A DNA stretch of 64,000 bases, taken from NCBI GenBank assembly GCA_038496445.1, contig JALMLS010000536.1, positions 63,865-127,864 of the forward strand, in the 5' to 3' direction. The position numbers and the translations under genes were made by a program. The DNA is from Trichosphaerium sp. ATCC 40318. Lineage: Eukaryota; Protista; Tubulinea. The notes beneath the pieces were generated by a model. That model saw only the letters and a program-made list of their open reading frames with translations. It had not been told where the DNA came from and made no database searches. This document shows positions 27,375-39,702 of the stretch, piece by piece. The stretch's first letter is position 1, and each line of letters begins with the position of its first letter.

Positions 27375-28330
27375 ACAATTGCCACCAACCAAGCCATTTT
27401 CAATAAACAATACATTGTCTACCTATGGGGAATGATAAACAAACGCAATAAACAAGTGCTATATATTTTATTTCTCTGTCCTATCAAGTACAATACTTAT
27501 TGCAGTAGCGCAACCACACCCTCGGCATTTTGTCCTACCAACAAACAACTTAAAAACAAGGCCATGACATACAATTTGCTACAGTTGTGTTGCATCCTAG
27601 GTAATCAATCATTTTGTTTGTTATTTGAGTGCCGTGACAGTATATCAAGGCTTGTTAAATTAGAAACTAGTCCCTTGTCCATTCACCAAAAATACCCCTT
27701 AGCTAGACAACTTTGTCACACAGAGTACTTTCTTAACCAACAACAAAGTACACTTAATCTGTTGGAATTTTAAGGCCTAAATATTGATTAGAACAGTTTA
27801 AAGAGGGAGAACACAATTGAGACTTTTTTAAGCTTTCACATTTTAGCTCACTCATTTGTTATATTAAGTCAATATTTTTCACAACATGTGTATCATTTTT
27901 ACTATATGTGCAGGGTCATTAAACCAGACTGTGGGTTCTTTTTAATTCTTCTCTATTTCCATTTATGCAACAAATTCTTTTCCACCAATATGAGTAAGGC
28001 TTACAAGGAACCTCCCTTTAAAATCATCATCACATCCTTCATTGTACTAAATGCACATAGTTTTGAATAATCATTCTAACCTGTGCACCTTTAGCAAATA
28101 CAAGATGCTGTGTAAATCATTGTTTACTCCTTACCTGTTTTTAAAATAACAATGTTATACCAAGAAGTTGACACAATACTTAATGTGTTCAAAAACTCAA
28201 GTTTTTTAAATCATCAGATTTTTTTCAACACCACTATAGGAGTTTAGACAAACCTTAGTTTTTCGGAGAACTCACATTCACCTTAAAAGAAACTGTTCAC
28301 TACACTCCATCAACTATTGCTATAAATTGC
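27375..28330 (-). pseudogene. Decayed F-box/LRR gene copy plus 3' flank
   Basis: Minus-strand NLTSLD...TQITNKMIDYLGC at 27590-27665 (frameshifted) matches the C-terminus of the intact LRR genes. Weaker LRR-like matches at ~28030-28330. Confidence 0.65.
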
Positions 28331-28726
28331 ATTGGTAATACAACACATTTCTTATCCCTATGAAAATGTGGGATGGTCTAGTTTTAAATCCAAAATCGCT
28401 TAATGGTCCACTTGTGAATTGGAATTTACACAATGCTCGAAACGTAAAACTAATCTCAATACATGGAAAATAGCGTTATGACACTGTGAAAATCTTCTCA
28501 AAGCTTGTTATTGTTAATTTTATGCTTTTTCTTTTACAACCACAAACTACGTTTTTAGCGTACAATAAATTCGTTTAAAGGTATTGACTTGTGGTTAATC
28601 CTTGCTTTTGTATTGTTTATCACCGTTTTACCTAAAATCCCAATGAAGCTCAGTTGACGCATATTACAAGTTTAAAAAAAAAACGCAAAAATAAAGTAAA
28701 TAATTTATTCCACATTTATAAACTTA

Positions 28727-29050
28727 ACAATTGCCACCAACCAAGGGATTTTCAGTACAAACATTGATATGAGGCCTGTGAACTGCTTACAAAAATGTCC
28801 CTTAACCTTGTGCTATCAAGTTCTACTTGTTGAAGTCATATTTTGCTGATAATGTGTAAATGTACTCTTGCTATATCTGTTTAGGTGCTAGCAATTAAAA
28901 ACAAGGCCAAACTTACAATATGCTAATTTTTTCATAGTAATCTGAATTTGTGTTAGATGCATTAGGGCAGTACACTAATATCAAGGCTTGGTTAACTTAC
29001 AGTCGAGTTCTCGCTGTGCTTGCCTAGAACCCATTCTCAGTGATCCATTG
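28727..29050 (-). pseudogene. Second decayed F-box/LRR 3' remnant (tandem with the previous one)
   Basis: acaattgccaccaaccaag, ttaaaaacaaggcc and atatcaaggcttg blocks repeat 27375-27660 at ~1.35 kb spacing. Confidence 0.65.
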
Positions 29051-29469
29051 GTGGGTATAGGCATTCCTTTTTGTAGAAATTATTTCTCGAATTTCTAAAA
29101 ATTCGGAAAATTACGTCCGATTAGCAGCTAGCACTTAACTCTGCAACGTCAACCCTTTTGAAGGCGTTAAATATTGCATACAAGAAACAGGCTTTTGTGA
29201 ATTCCTATTCTGAACACAAACTCTGATAGACTTTCTTTAAGCTTCTCACATACCCAAAGACAAGTTTAGCAAGTGGCTGCAAGCAGTGGTGTTAGTATTC
29301 AAGGCAAACTATTTCAACCAAAACAACAAAAACTCCTCAAGACAGCAAACATTTGCAAAGTTGGTATGTTGTTTTCTAGCGGAATTTTCAGATTACACTA
29401 TGTCCCCGTTTATTTTTTTCAATTAATACTAGATGAATTAAGCCATGCGGTTCTTTTAATACATTCATT

Positions 29470-32298
29470 CTAAGCAGATAATTCCATACTTATGCGAACC
29501 AAATGATCATATGTCACAGCAATATGACCTAAAAGCGGCTTTAGCTAATAGCGAAAAAAAAAAAAAAAAAAAAAAAAGAAGCCTCACCGTCTTTGTGAGG
29601 ATCACTCCAATCGAATAGTTCCTTCACGTGTACCAAATGACAGCATAGTTTTAATAAATCATTCTTAGATCCTGCTGCGCCAATAGCAAAGTGAGCCAGC
29701 TGGGAAGAAACCGTAAGTCCAAATGCAGCAAGTTTAGAAAAAAAGAAGCTAATCCTTACACTGTTTTCTATTGTTTTGAGACTAACGTTAATGTTCGCAT
29801 GAGCCAATGTAGTTTTGATTTCTTCAGCACTGAATGCACGTGGTTCAGAACCAACATAAAGTTTTGATTGAAGCGTATCAACAAGATGATGGAAGGCAGC
29901 ATATTCTACGAGATAAAACATATGAGATTAAAAGAAAAATGACGCCGATAGATATTTTGGCGTAAAGTCACTGTTTATGCACCTTCGAAGCTAATTGTTC
30001 CATTTCTGTCTTCATCAAATACAGATATAATTTTATTGGCCATCTCAACACCAAGAGGTTGATCCCCATCGAAAAATACTGCCTTGGAAAGTCTAAAAAA
30101 AAATAAATGTTCTAGATTCAAATACTCTGTTTTGAGTTTGCTGCTTACTCTGTAACTGATATTTCACCATTTTTGTTATCATCCATTGCATCAAAACTTC
30201 CTTTTAACCCAGACAACTCCAAACTTTTGACTTGTTGAAGCATAGTCTTATGCCAATCACGACCTAATTTTTCTCATTATTTTCTTATTTAAACTTTTGT
30301 CTTTTGATTTTGCTCCACAATTCAGGAACCACAATTACCATCTATTTGGTTATATTGAACCTTTTTCCTCACAGCTTGACTTCTGGCTTTTTCAGGTGCA
30401 CCTGGTTTTTCAACAGGTTTACCTTGAGACGCTAAAAGGGTGTCAAAATAAAATGTATAAATTTGTTTGGTATCAGCCGTGTTACCTGCTCTTCTTAGTT
30501 TACTTTTTAATCCCAATGACTTGAATCTATTAATGGCAACAGCGATCTTAACACCAGCTTTAAACTTCCTTCTTGCATTATATTTCCTAAATTGCTCTCG
30601 AGATACTTCAGGAATCTCTGTATCTTTTATAGTAGCACTAGCCTACAAAGGAAAAAAACAAATAAGCAAAACTTATCTACACCAATATTCAATTCGTACT
30701 ATCCATGGATGAGCCAAAGCTTGATCAACAGTGAAACGTTCATTAGGATTCTTTCTTACCATCTTCCATACTAAAGCCGATAAGAATCAATCCAACAACT
30801 AAAGAAAAAAAAATGTACCCAAATCTTTTGCATCATTCGATATGCCATACCTTCCATTACATAAGGAACATTCATGTTATAATGTTTATCTCTATAGATA
30901 GTAATTTCACGTACCACGCATCACCAAGCCAATTCCACGTGCCAACCTCGATATTTCTCATCATTTGTTCTTGGTCAGGTATTTGGAATGGATGTATACC
31001 GCTCAGTAAAATGTACACGATCAAACCTAATGCTCTTTGTTAACATTGCAGGTTTCTCTATAACACTCACCAATTGCCCATACATCTACACCGATACCAT
31101 ATCCTTGAACTGGAGACATTTGCTGCCAACGGCGTGCAACTAAAAACCTGTTATCCAATTGAGCTTTAATTATCGGTTTTACCAATTTCTGGAGCCATCT
31201 AGGTGATTGTAAGACATAAATATAAGGATATAAATTTACGTACATATGGAATTGTACCAAGCATAGTCCTGAATGCAAATGGGTTAGATCCACCACGAGC
31301 GGCAAACCCGAAATCTGAGTTTGACATTAGATATTTAAAAACCAAACATCACAAAGCTCTGTCTTGAACTTAAACCTTGCAGTACCTGCAATTTTTACAA
31401 TAGCGTCATCACCACCTGAAGACAATAACAGATATGGGAAATGTTAAGCCAAATAACAGCAATAAAATCAACGTTTGTTAGGTGTAAAAATAAAATAGAA
31501 TAAAGATACTCTCCGGTTTTATATCACGATGCGCAATACCTACCACAGTCTCTTTAACAAACAAAGTAACAGTATGAAAACAATAACAGTCGTACCCTGA
31601 TCGTGCATGTGTTTTAATCCAAGAAGGACTTGTTTAGTTACAGAGCTAGCATAAGCTTCACCAAATCTCTTCAGCTTGGCAATACGATCAAACAACTCTC
31701 CACCTGTACACACGTGAGAAAAAAAAAACAAATAAATAGTAAAGGGTCTGTGAATAAATTATCGGGTCATAGCTTACCCGTTACGTATTCTAAGGTGACG
31801 TAATACTGGAAGTCGCCTTGTGGAGCGAAAACTTCACCCAAGTTTACAATCTAGTTCAAAGGCGTTAGATAGCGTTTATACAACGTGCAAATGTGAATTT
31901 GATCCGTTTTCGTACGTTTTGGTGTTGTAGATCAGCCATAACCTTCAACTCGCTTAGCATCTGGTCTGGTGGCGTTTTACGTTTATCCAGGATCTTCACA
32001 GCGCACGCCTGAACATTAAAAGGGTTTGTAAACTAAAAGTGTTAAGAACAACTCTCATACTTTGCCTGTTTGCTTATGAATAGCCTTACTACGCGAAATT
32101 TAGTGTTTGCTATAAACAACACACGTACTGAACAACAGAAAACGCTCCAGATCCTAATTTCTCCTTAAAATCGTATATAGATTGGATTGGGGCATCATTT
32201 TGTCTTGGGAACCGCCATGACATTGCTGGTATTTGTGGTTGTGCCTGCTGAGTAGATGACCATTGTTGAGCAGGAGGAGCGTTACTAGGGAACTCCAT
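29470..32298 (-). CDS. CaMK-group Ser/Thr kinase fused to a C-terminal penta-EF-hand domain
   Basis: LGSGAFS, AVK, GGELFDRI, HRDIKPEN, DFG, CaM-binding-like NARRKFKAG; EF loops DDNKNGEISVTE, DEDRNGTISFEE, DPHKDGHIAVTY. Confidence 0.9.
31434..31509 (-). other. U12-type intron with non-canonical GT-AT termini
   Basis: Donor GTATCTTT, branch GGCTTAAC, end ...TTCCCAT. Only this junction yields KPE-N-LLL. Confidence 0.8.
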
Positions 32299-32554
32299 TT
32301 GTGGGTATTTCGGTTAACTGCCACAGTGATTTATTACGGTCTTGAACAGGTCACAAATGCGACTTAATCATGGCCGTTGACACCTTTCATATCTAACATG
32401 AAAGTATACGCCGTAGCTTGTTTTATTGAACAGAGAGATGAGCGAGAAATGTATGTAACAATTTTTATTTTGTTATTTGCTTTATAAAAGCAAAACATAG
32501 GAAGCAACACAGAAATTTAAACAAGAACTCGCCAGACACAGGCGTTAAAAACAT

Positions 32555-34038
32555 TTACTTGGTTCTCCTCTTTTTCTTTTTTTGTCCTTTGACGTTATCT
32601 TTCCAGTATGCAGCCTCTTCCTCATCTACAAAATTCATTAATGCGTCATTTAAAGACAAAAAAGATGTACAAATAAATAGACAAAACGGTAATTAAAAAG
32701 CAATTGTCGTGATCTGTAGTACCTTTGACAAGTTCAAGAGTGATATCATGACCTTCAATCTGTGGGGTTTGTCCTTCTAGAGCAGAAATGCAAATAGCAG
32801 CACGTAGGTCTTTCTTGAAACGGACAAACGTAAACTCTTCGCTTTTGTTAGTATCAACGAAAGCAACTTGACCATGATCTATTCATTCGAAACGTTAGCA
32901 CCTCCAACAAATAAAATAGTCAAAAAAAATAAAAAGTACGTACCAACAAAGAACGCTTTGATCATATCACGAGTTACCTCTGCAGGTAATTTTGGAAATT
33001 TAAGGATAGTTCCAGGAGGGTATTCAGTAAGTGCTTCTTGTCGTTTTCTCTTCTTGATACGGGTCTCCTCTTTCTTCCATTCAAGGTATTCCTTTCTAAA
33101 AAAAGCCACATTAGATACATGAAAAGAAACAACAAAATAGTCACAACGCACTTCATTCTGACCAATAGAGGATGTTTATCCAAGTAATTAAACGCGCCTA
33201 GTGCTACAACTTTCTCAGCTGCTTCTTTGCTCTCATACTCTATATAAGCTGATCCCTTCAAAAGATCCTTTTTCCTAAACACACGGCGAATACGAACCTA
33301 GGAAGAGAAAAGTTACAAAAAAAGAAAAAAATGCAGTTGTGTTTTTTATCAAATGTAAAATTAAAAACGCTCGATAGAGGTTTACTCTGTTACGTACGGA
33401 CAATACTGTGCCGAATTGAGAAAAGTATTTTTGTAGGGCTTCGAGATTAGTCTCTTCTGCATTCTTTGGGAGCCCTTTCTACGGTAGGTGAGTATTGATC
33501 ATGTTTCACGTTTTAGCAGCAGACGTACGACATAAATACTTCTTGGTGTTACTACATCATCTTGTGGAAGTGGGTGCCTACGCTTCATCTTGGTCTTATC
33601 TTCAGAAACCTAAGCCTGTTTTGGTATTCGCTCAGAGAAGGTTTGGTTTTACCTCAACGACTTCTGAGTCTACCATAATTGATGCGATTTGCTCCACGTC
33701 TACGGTTACTTTCTATTTTGACGTTAGAGAGTGAAGTTTATGCGCTGTATACCTTAATTCTGTTAAAAGTGGTCAATAGCGACACTGGGATCCCTTTGTG
33801 TAGTCAAGGAAAAAGAAAAATAGAGTAAAAAGCAACTTCAAGTTAAAAAGATACAACCACCATTGTCATGCGCTGCTTTACGCAAGAAAGTATCCTTGGT
33901 GTAGTTACTGTCGCTGAAATAGAAATCTATCTGCTTTTTCAAAGCAGCCTTTTGTTCCTCAGTGATTGGGTTTGTGTCTTTTGGTTCCTCCTCTTTAGCC
34001 TCAACCTTTGTGTCTACCTTCGTGTCCGTTTCAGCCAT
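32555..34038 (-). CDS. La/SSB-family RNA-binding protein (La motif + RRMs)
   Basis: LKKQIDFYFSDSNYTKDTFL...GWIPVSLLTTFNRIK, KGSAYIEY, second RRM with FVRF. Confidence 0.9.
33794..33854 (-). other. U12-type GT-AG intron in La gene
   Basis: Donor GTATCTTT, branch TTCCTTGAC about 10 nt upstream of AG, interrupts the Trp codon of GWIP. Confidence 0.9.
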
Positions 34039-34390
34039 TGTATACGCGTTTAATAAAGTAAGGCAAGAAAGCAATCTGCGAGTTTTAACAGAAGAGACTG
34101 TTAGCGCTAATTTTTTAGTTCGGATTTTGAGCGTATTTTTTGCGTGACTTTTTTACTCAATATTTTTTCAAAGCTAAAAACGCTCTAAATTTCACAAACG
34201 ACAAGTAGGCACCTACCACAAGGTATTTTCAGGCACCTTTAGCAAATATTATTCTGCCTGGGCGAGTTACAAGCGCAGTCTCAAGCTGATCAGCTGAAAT
34301 GAGCTATAACCAAGCGAATAAGTTGCATTATTTCAAGATGAAAGCACCCGACAATAAAATGATGCGTTTGCTAGGCGACAAACTACAAAG

Positions 34391-35386
34391 ATGTCAAGAC
34401 GTGTTGTAATTTCTGGCAGTGGAAGCAGCGGTGGCGGTGGTGGCTCATTGAGCTCACGCTTTGGTCAGATGAGATCTGAGAGTGGTAATAAAGGACCAAC
34501 CTATCGTACGTTTTTACTCACGTTGTATACCGCATAAACGAATGCTCTTTGCTGTTTCATTTTGTACTGCCAATTGCCGAGCAAAACCGTTAAATACGAT
34601 TTTAGGCGCACAAGGTGGCGTACAGAAACGTCGCGGCAGAGGACGCGGCAGAGGTCGCTCAGGAAGAGGCGGTAGAGGACGCCGTGGAGGCCGCCGTGGT
34701 GGTAGAGGCGGTAGAGGCCGAGGACGTGGTCGAGGAAGAGGTAATGGTACGTAACAGATTTTTAGTGCATTAAAAAAAAGTATGATGCCGTTAAATAACG
34801 CCCATATAGTTACAACTACGCTTTCGAGAGCTTGGTTGCGCTTGAATTGACACTCCCCAAAATTTATTTAAGCGCTTTTTTGCATTTTTTACCTTGGTAT
34901 TGGCTACTTGGCCTTTTTGAATGCTCCCTTATGTGTATGCGTATGGTACGTACCTATACGTAACCTTGGTTGACGCCTGTTAGTGTTTTGTTTCTACAAC
35001 AAGCAGAATACGTACACGCATGAAGCAATACCAACAAAATTTCTTTCTGAGCACCGCAAAGCTTTTAAAAAACAAAAAAACACCCTCAAAGCTTTGTATA
35101 CCTCATTCAAGTGCAACCAGTTCGCAAAAAAGAGGCGATAAATCAACAGTACAATTAGCTAAATTGCAACAATGAATTAGGCAAAAGAGAAAAGAAGGTT
35201 TCTAATGAAGACTTGGATAAGGAGCTTGATGGATACATGCTTCAAGATAAAACGCGTGCTGAAGACGTACAGAAAAGAAACGAAGAATCAAAGCAACAAA
35301 CCCAAGATGAACTTGATAACGAGTTGGATTCGTACATGGCAGCGCGTAAGAGCGGAACCGCCACTGAAGAAGCGGCTGCTGAGTAA
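34391..35386 (+). CDS. CHTOP/FOP-like RGG protein
   Basis: SLSSRF, long RG/RGG tract, duplicated C-terminal LDKELDGYM / LDNELDSYM motif. Confidence 0.85.
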
Positions 35387-35720
35387 AAAAGAACGACTAA
35401 GAAAAAAACCGTTTAATTACTGCCTCGCATTGCGTGGATCTGTCAGAGATTGTTTGTACCCAAATATATTTGTTCGCATGTGTTTACTTGTCATTTTTGT
35501 TCGTGTCCTTTTGTTTGGTCGCGAAATGTTTTTTTTTGTCAGACAGATTTCAACCAAGTTCAAATTGCTTTAAAGGGCGTATTCGTTGACGCTGCTGGTC
35601 ATATTACGTAAGGAGGCAATGTGGCTTACGATTGATGGTGTATCCAGCCTTTGACAAGTGAGTACTAATTTTCTTACTTATAACTAGCTCTAATAACAGT
35701 ATAAAGACCATACGAGGTAA

Positions 35721-38290
35721 ATGCTGCGTGCAAGATTCTTAGTGGGTTTCAAACAACGCCGACGCATCCGCAATGTGGAACCTACGCGCTGTTGTGTTCG
35801 TGTAAGAATTTAAACACCTTAATTATGCTTATAAGACCTAGTACACTAAAATTCGTATACCACGACGCGTCGACGACATAAGCAGGTACTTTAACGCACA
35901 GACACGCATTCTACATTGTTTTATCATTTATAAATTAAATATCTTCGCTGACGCTTTTCTGAAGGCAAAACGTTAAACAAAGTATGATCAAAGAGGATTA
36001 CATTGAACGAAAGGCCAACTTTTCTTCTGTCCATAATTTTCTGTGGCTCTCTACGCGGCTCACTGACTCCAAGTATGTTTGGGAAGAGGGTATGGCGATA
36101 TTAAAAGACGGGTCTGTAGATAGAAAACATTTGGAGTTTTATACAGAACTTCTATTACACGCGCCTAGAGGAGACAGAAGTGCTTTGCTTAATGATATGC
36201 GAGCGAAGGGTATCTCACCGGACCTGTACTGCTATACAGCTCTTATAAAAGTACACACAGACGATAGAAATTCGGTAAAAGCATACGATGTTTTTAAGCA
36301 GTTAAGAAAAGACGGATTTTATCCTGACAGGAAGACTCTTTCAAGTATTTTGCATTTAGAGCTTAAGCTAGGGAACTTTGAAAGAGCTGCAAAGATATTC
36401 AAGCATATAAGGGATTCAGGCGATATAGATTCTTATGTTTACAGTCTTATGATGAAGTATTATATGTACGAAGAAGGAGATTTACAAAAAGTTGAAGAGC
36501 TTTTCGATGAGCTTAAGCAAAGGAAGATTAAGCCTTCTTTATTCTCGAGAAACACTATGCTACGTGCTTATCTACACCTCGATTCTGTAGAACGCGGACA
36601 GGAGTTCTTTAATATGCTAGTAGCTACAGGCGAATCTGTTGATGTTATGTCGTATACTTTTTTATTTGAAGCGTATCTTGACAAAGACGACGTTTCTGGT
36701 GCTCAGAGGGTTCTATCTGATATGAAAAAATCAGGTGTTGATCCAGGTGGATCTATGTATTTAATAATGATTTCTTATCATCTTAAACAAGGTGATTTTA
36801 AGGCAGCGAGAACTGTTTTCAGTGAACTTAAAACACTTGATATAAGTATCGATATTGATCATATTAGCAAGCTTTTTTTAAGGTATTGTATGAAGAATAA
36901 GGATCCTTATGGTGCTTTAAAGTTTATAGAGGAGCTTAAGAAGATGGAAAAAGACGTTGAAGCGTACCATTATTGTTTTCTTATTAGGATTTATGTCGAA
37001 CTTGAAGATTTTTCTAGTGCGAAAGAGGTTTACGCTAAGATCTTGAGAGAAAAGATGTATATGGCTACAAACGAGTACAACTATATTATAGATATGTATA
37101 TTGCATGTGGGGAACCAAAGAAGGCTATAGCTACGCTTGACAAGATGAGAAGCAATAGTGTTCCTCGAAACGAAAGAACATTTTGCGTTTTTCTTCGTTA
37201 CTATTTTAAGAAGCATAGAATGGATGAAGTAGAGGAAGTACTCAGGATTATGGAAGATGAACATGTTGCTATAACAATGATTACATATAACGTACTTATC
37301 GAGGGTTACCTTAGTACTGATGCGTTCTCTAATTCAAAACGTGTTTTTGAAAAACTCAAAAAAGACGGAAGAGAAGCTGATGTTCACACTTACAATATTA
37401 TTCTTAAATACTTTGCTACTGCTAAACAAGGCGGTTGTAGAGAAGATATTAAGTATACACTCAACCACATGAAGGAAAACGGGGTGAAAGCAAACGAGTT
37501 GACATACAATGCTGTTATTAATACTGATTGTCGAAACGACAGCCATTTGGATGGTTTTAAGCCTTCCACTGAAACTTATATTTCTAGAATTCAGAAATGT
37601 ATTACAAGAGGATCTTTTGGTGAAGCTTTGACGCTAAGAAAGAAGATGGAAGCTGATGGTGTTGTTGTTACAACGCCAATACATAACTTTATGTTAACTG
37701 TTCATATGAAACGAGGTAATCTACCAGCTGCTTTTTCTGAGCTTAAAAAGATGGAAGAACAAGGTAAACATCCTAACCTTAACACATACAAGATCCTTCT
37801 TCAGAAGTTCATTGATAACGGCACTGATTATAAAAAAGAAGGAGAAAAAGACGAGAAAAAAGAAGAAGCGAATGCTGATGCTTATGTGCAAATAATGTCT
37901 TTTCTAGCATCAAGTTTTGATCTTGATAATGTTGATGGTTTATTACGTTCTATACCAAAGCAAGGAGAAGAAGACGGTGGTAGTAATGAAGATCTTTCTT
38001 ATACAATATTGATGCTATTGAGTAATAGAGCTCACTCTATTAGAGCTAGTAGACGTATAATGAGGCAGATGAAAAGTAAAAAAGCAAAGATGACCGCACA
38101 AACTTATATTTTACATGCTTTAACACTCGCTCATTATGAGGATGATATGCTTAGTAATGAGATTTTAAGGACTATTGCTACTATGAAAAAAGAATTTGGT
38201 GTTACTGAAGAGTATAAGAAAGTGGTTAAGGCAGGTTTACTTGATGGTGTACAAAGTAGACCTTATTTGTTATCTTCTTTAACAAAATAA
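35721..38290 (+). CDS. Pentatricopeptide-repeat protein, probably mitochondrial
   Basis: Two short 5' exons (introns 35802-35841 and 35886-35964) give Arg-rich MLRARFLVGFKQRRRIR in frame with the 768-aa ORF of 35-aa PPR motifs (TYNVLIEGY, TYNIILKY). Confidence 0.9.
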
Positions 38291-39702
38291 ATGTACAAAA
38301 GGAAATGACTAAATATTTAGAATGTCATCTTGTGGTTTTTTTTTTGTCGCTCGCTTCGAGTTGTGTTGGTTGAGTACAGTTAAAAATGGTCGCGATAGTG
38401 AGCGCCTAAGAAACTGAAAGCGTTCTGAGCATTATCTCTCTGAACGGCGAATTTGGTTGGAATACTGTTGCTGCTTACACAAAGCGAAGACAACGGAAGA
38501 GATGTTGCTTTCTTAGTTTATTCGCATGGCGGCTCATCACACATAACTAAGGTATGCACCATTCGCGTTGTGTAGCGAATTGGCAGTAAAAGCGCTTTTA
38601 AGATTCTTACCGAACTTTTTTCAAAATTCTTACGAAAAATTGTTTGCCTGGTGGCGCAGTAGTGAGTCTAAACGAAAGAATTTTCTACTTTTTAATGCTG
38701 TGGATGGGCAGGGCAGGGTTCAAAGCTCGTAGGCTATTTTACGTTTCTGTATCACCGATCAAGGTTGAATGCCTTGTCGGAGGTGTTAATACGCCTATGA
38801 ATGGTAATAGCTTGCTTATTTGAGCGATTACTCACTCTGTTGGATTGTTTGCTTTTTCTTAGCCGTTGTTTTTTGCTTTTGGTTCTTCTAACCGTAATGA
38901 AGCGTATGAGGCATAATGTGCTCATTATAGCGTGTAATCTTTGAAGTTTAGTTCAAACTGTTTAGATACTGTTGTATTATACTTCAGAGCCTTGTTTAAG
39001 CGTTTTTAGGCTAAATACGGTGTGGTGACACGTATACCACTCTTTTTTTTTTCGTAAATCGTATTTTGCAATTGGGTTTTCTACCGATTTCTCACCTTGC
39101 TGGAGTATCCTCAGAACGTATTATTTTTTCGCCTTTTACTAAAAAATACCGTGAGTGATGCTCATCTGGCTCGTGTTCATATATTTTTGTGCCGCGATGC
39201 GGATAAACATCAACCCTTAAAACCAAAGAAAAACAAAAAAATTACAAGACAACACAATGTTGGTTTTGCATTGATTGACCTCAATGAGTTCCATATCAGC
39301 GCAAGTAGCGGAAACAAGATTTTGTGCGGATACACGTCACCCAAAAAAATTATCAAAAAAAAACTCACTACAAAACATGCGCCTAACCAAAAAAAAAATA
39401 TACATTAGTTGCACTCAATCATTCAAATGCGTGTATAAAGCTGTCCTTTATTATGCATCTATCAACTACGTGCTATTCTTTGATCATTCGTAGATATATA
39501 CTTCGGTCGAGATGTGTACCATTTCTTTGAAATAGAAAACCCATGTGGCATTAAAACGTATTCCGCTGCCATGCTCAATGGTGTTTCCTACATGCATTTC
39601 ATATGCTACATCATACCCGTTATAGGTCGGGTAGTTAAGTGAGCGGTATTGGACAGATTAAGAGCGTTTAAAAACAAACCACTTGACCTGACATATCACA
39701 CA

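Noticed and set aside
27302-27773. ORF-track calls 27336-27773(+) and the N-terminal extension of 26369-27415(-)
   Set aside because: They overlap the decayed LRR remnant and its duplicated flank and show no protein-like signal.
38640-38735. tRNA-like A-box (TGGCGCAGTAG) and B-box (GGTTCAAA)
   Set aside because: D and T stems do not pair and no cloverleaf forms.
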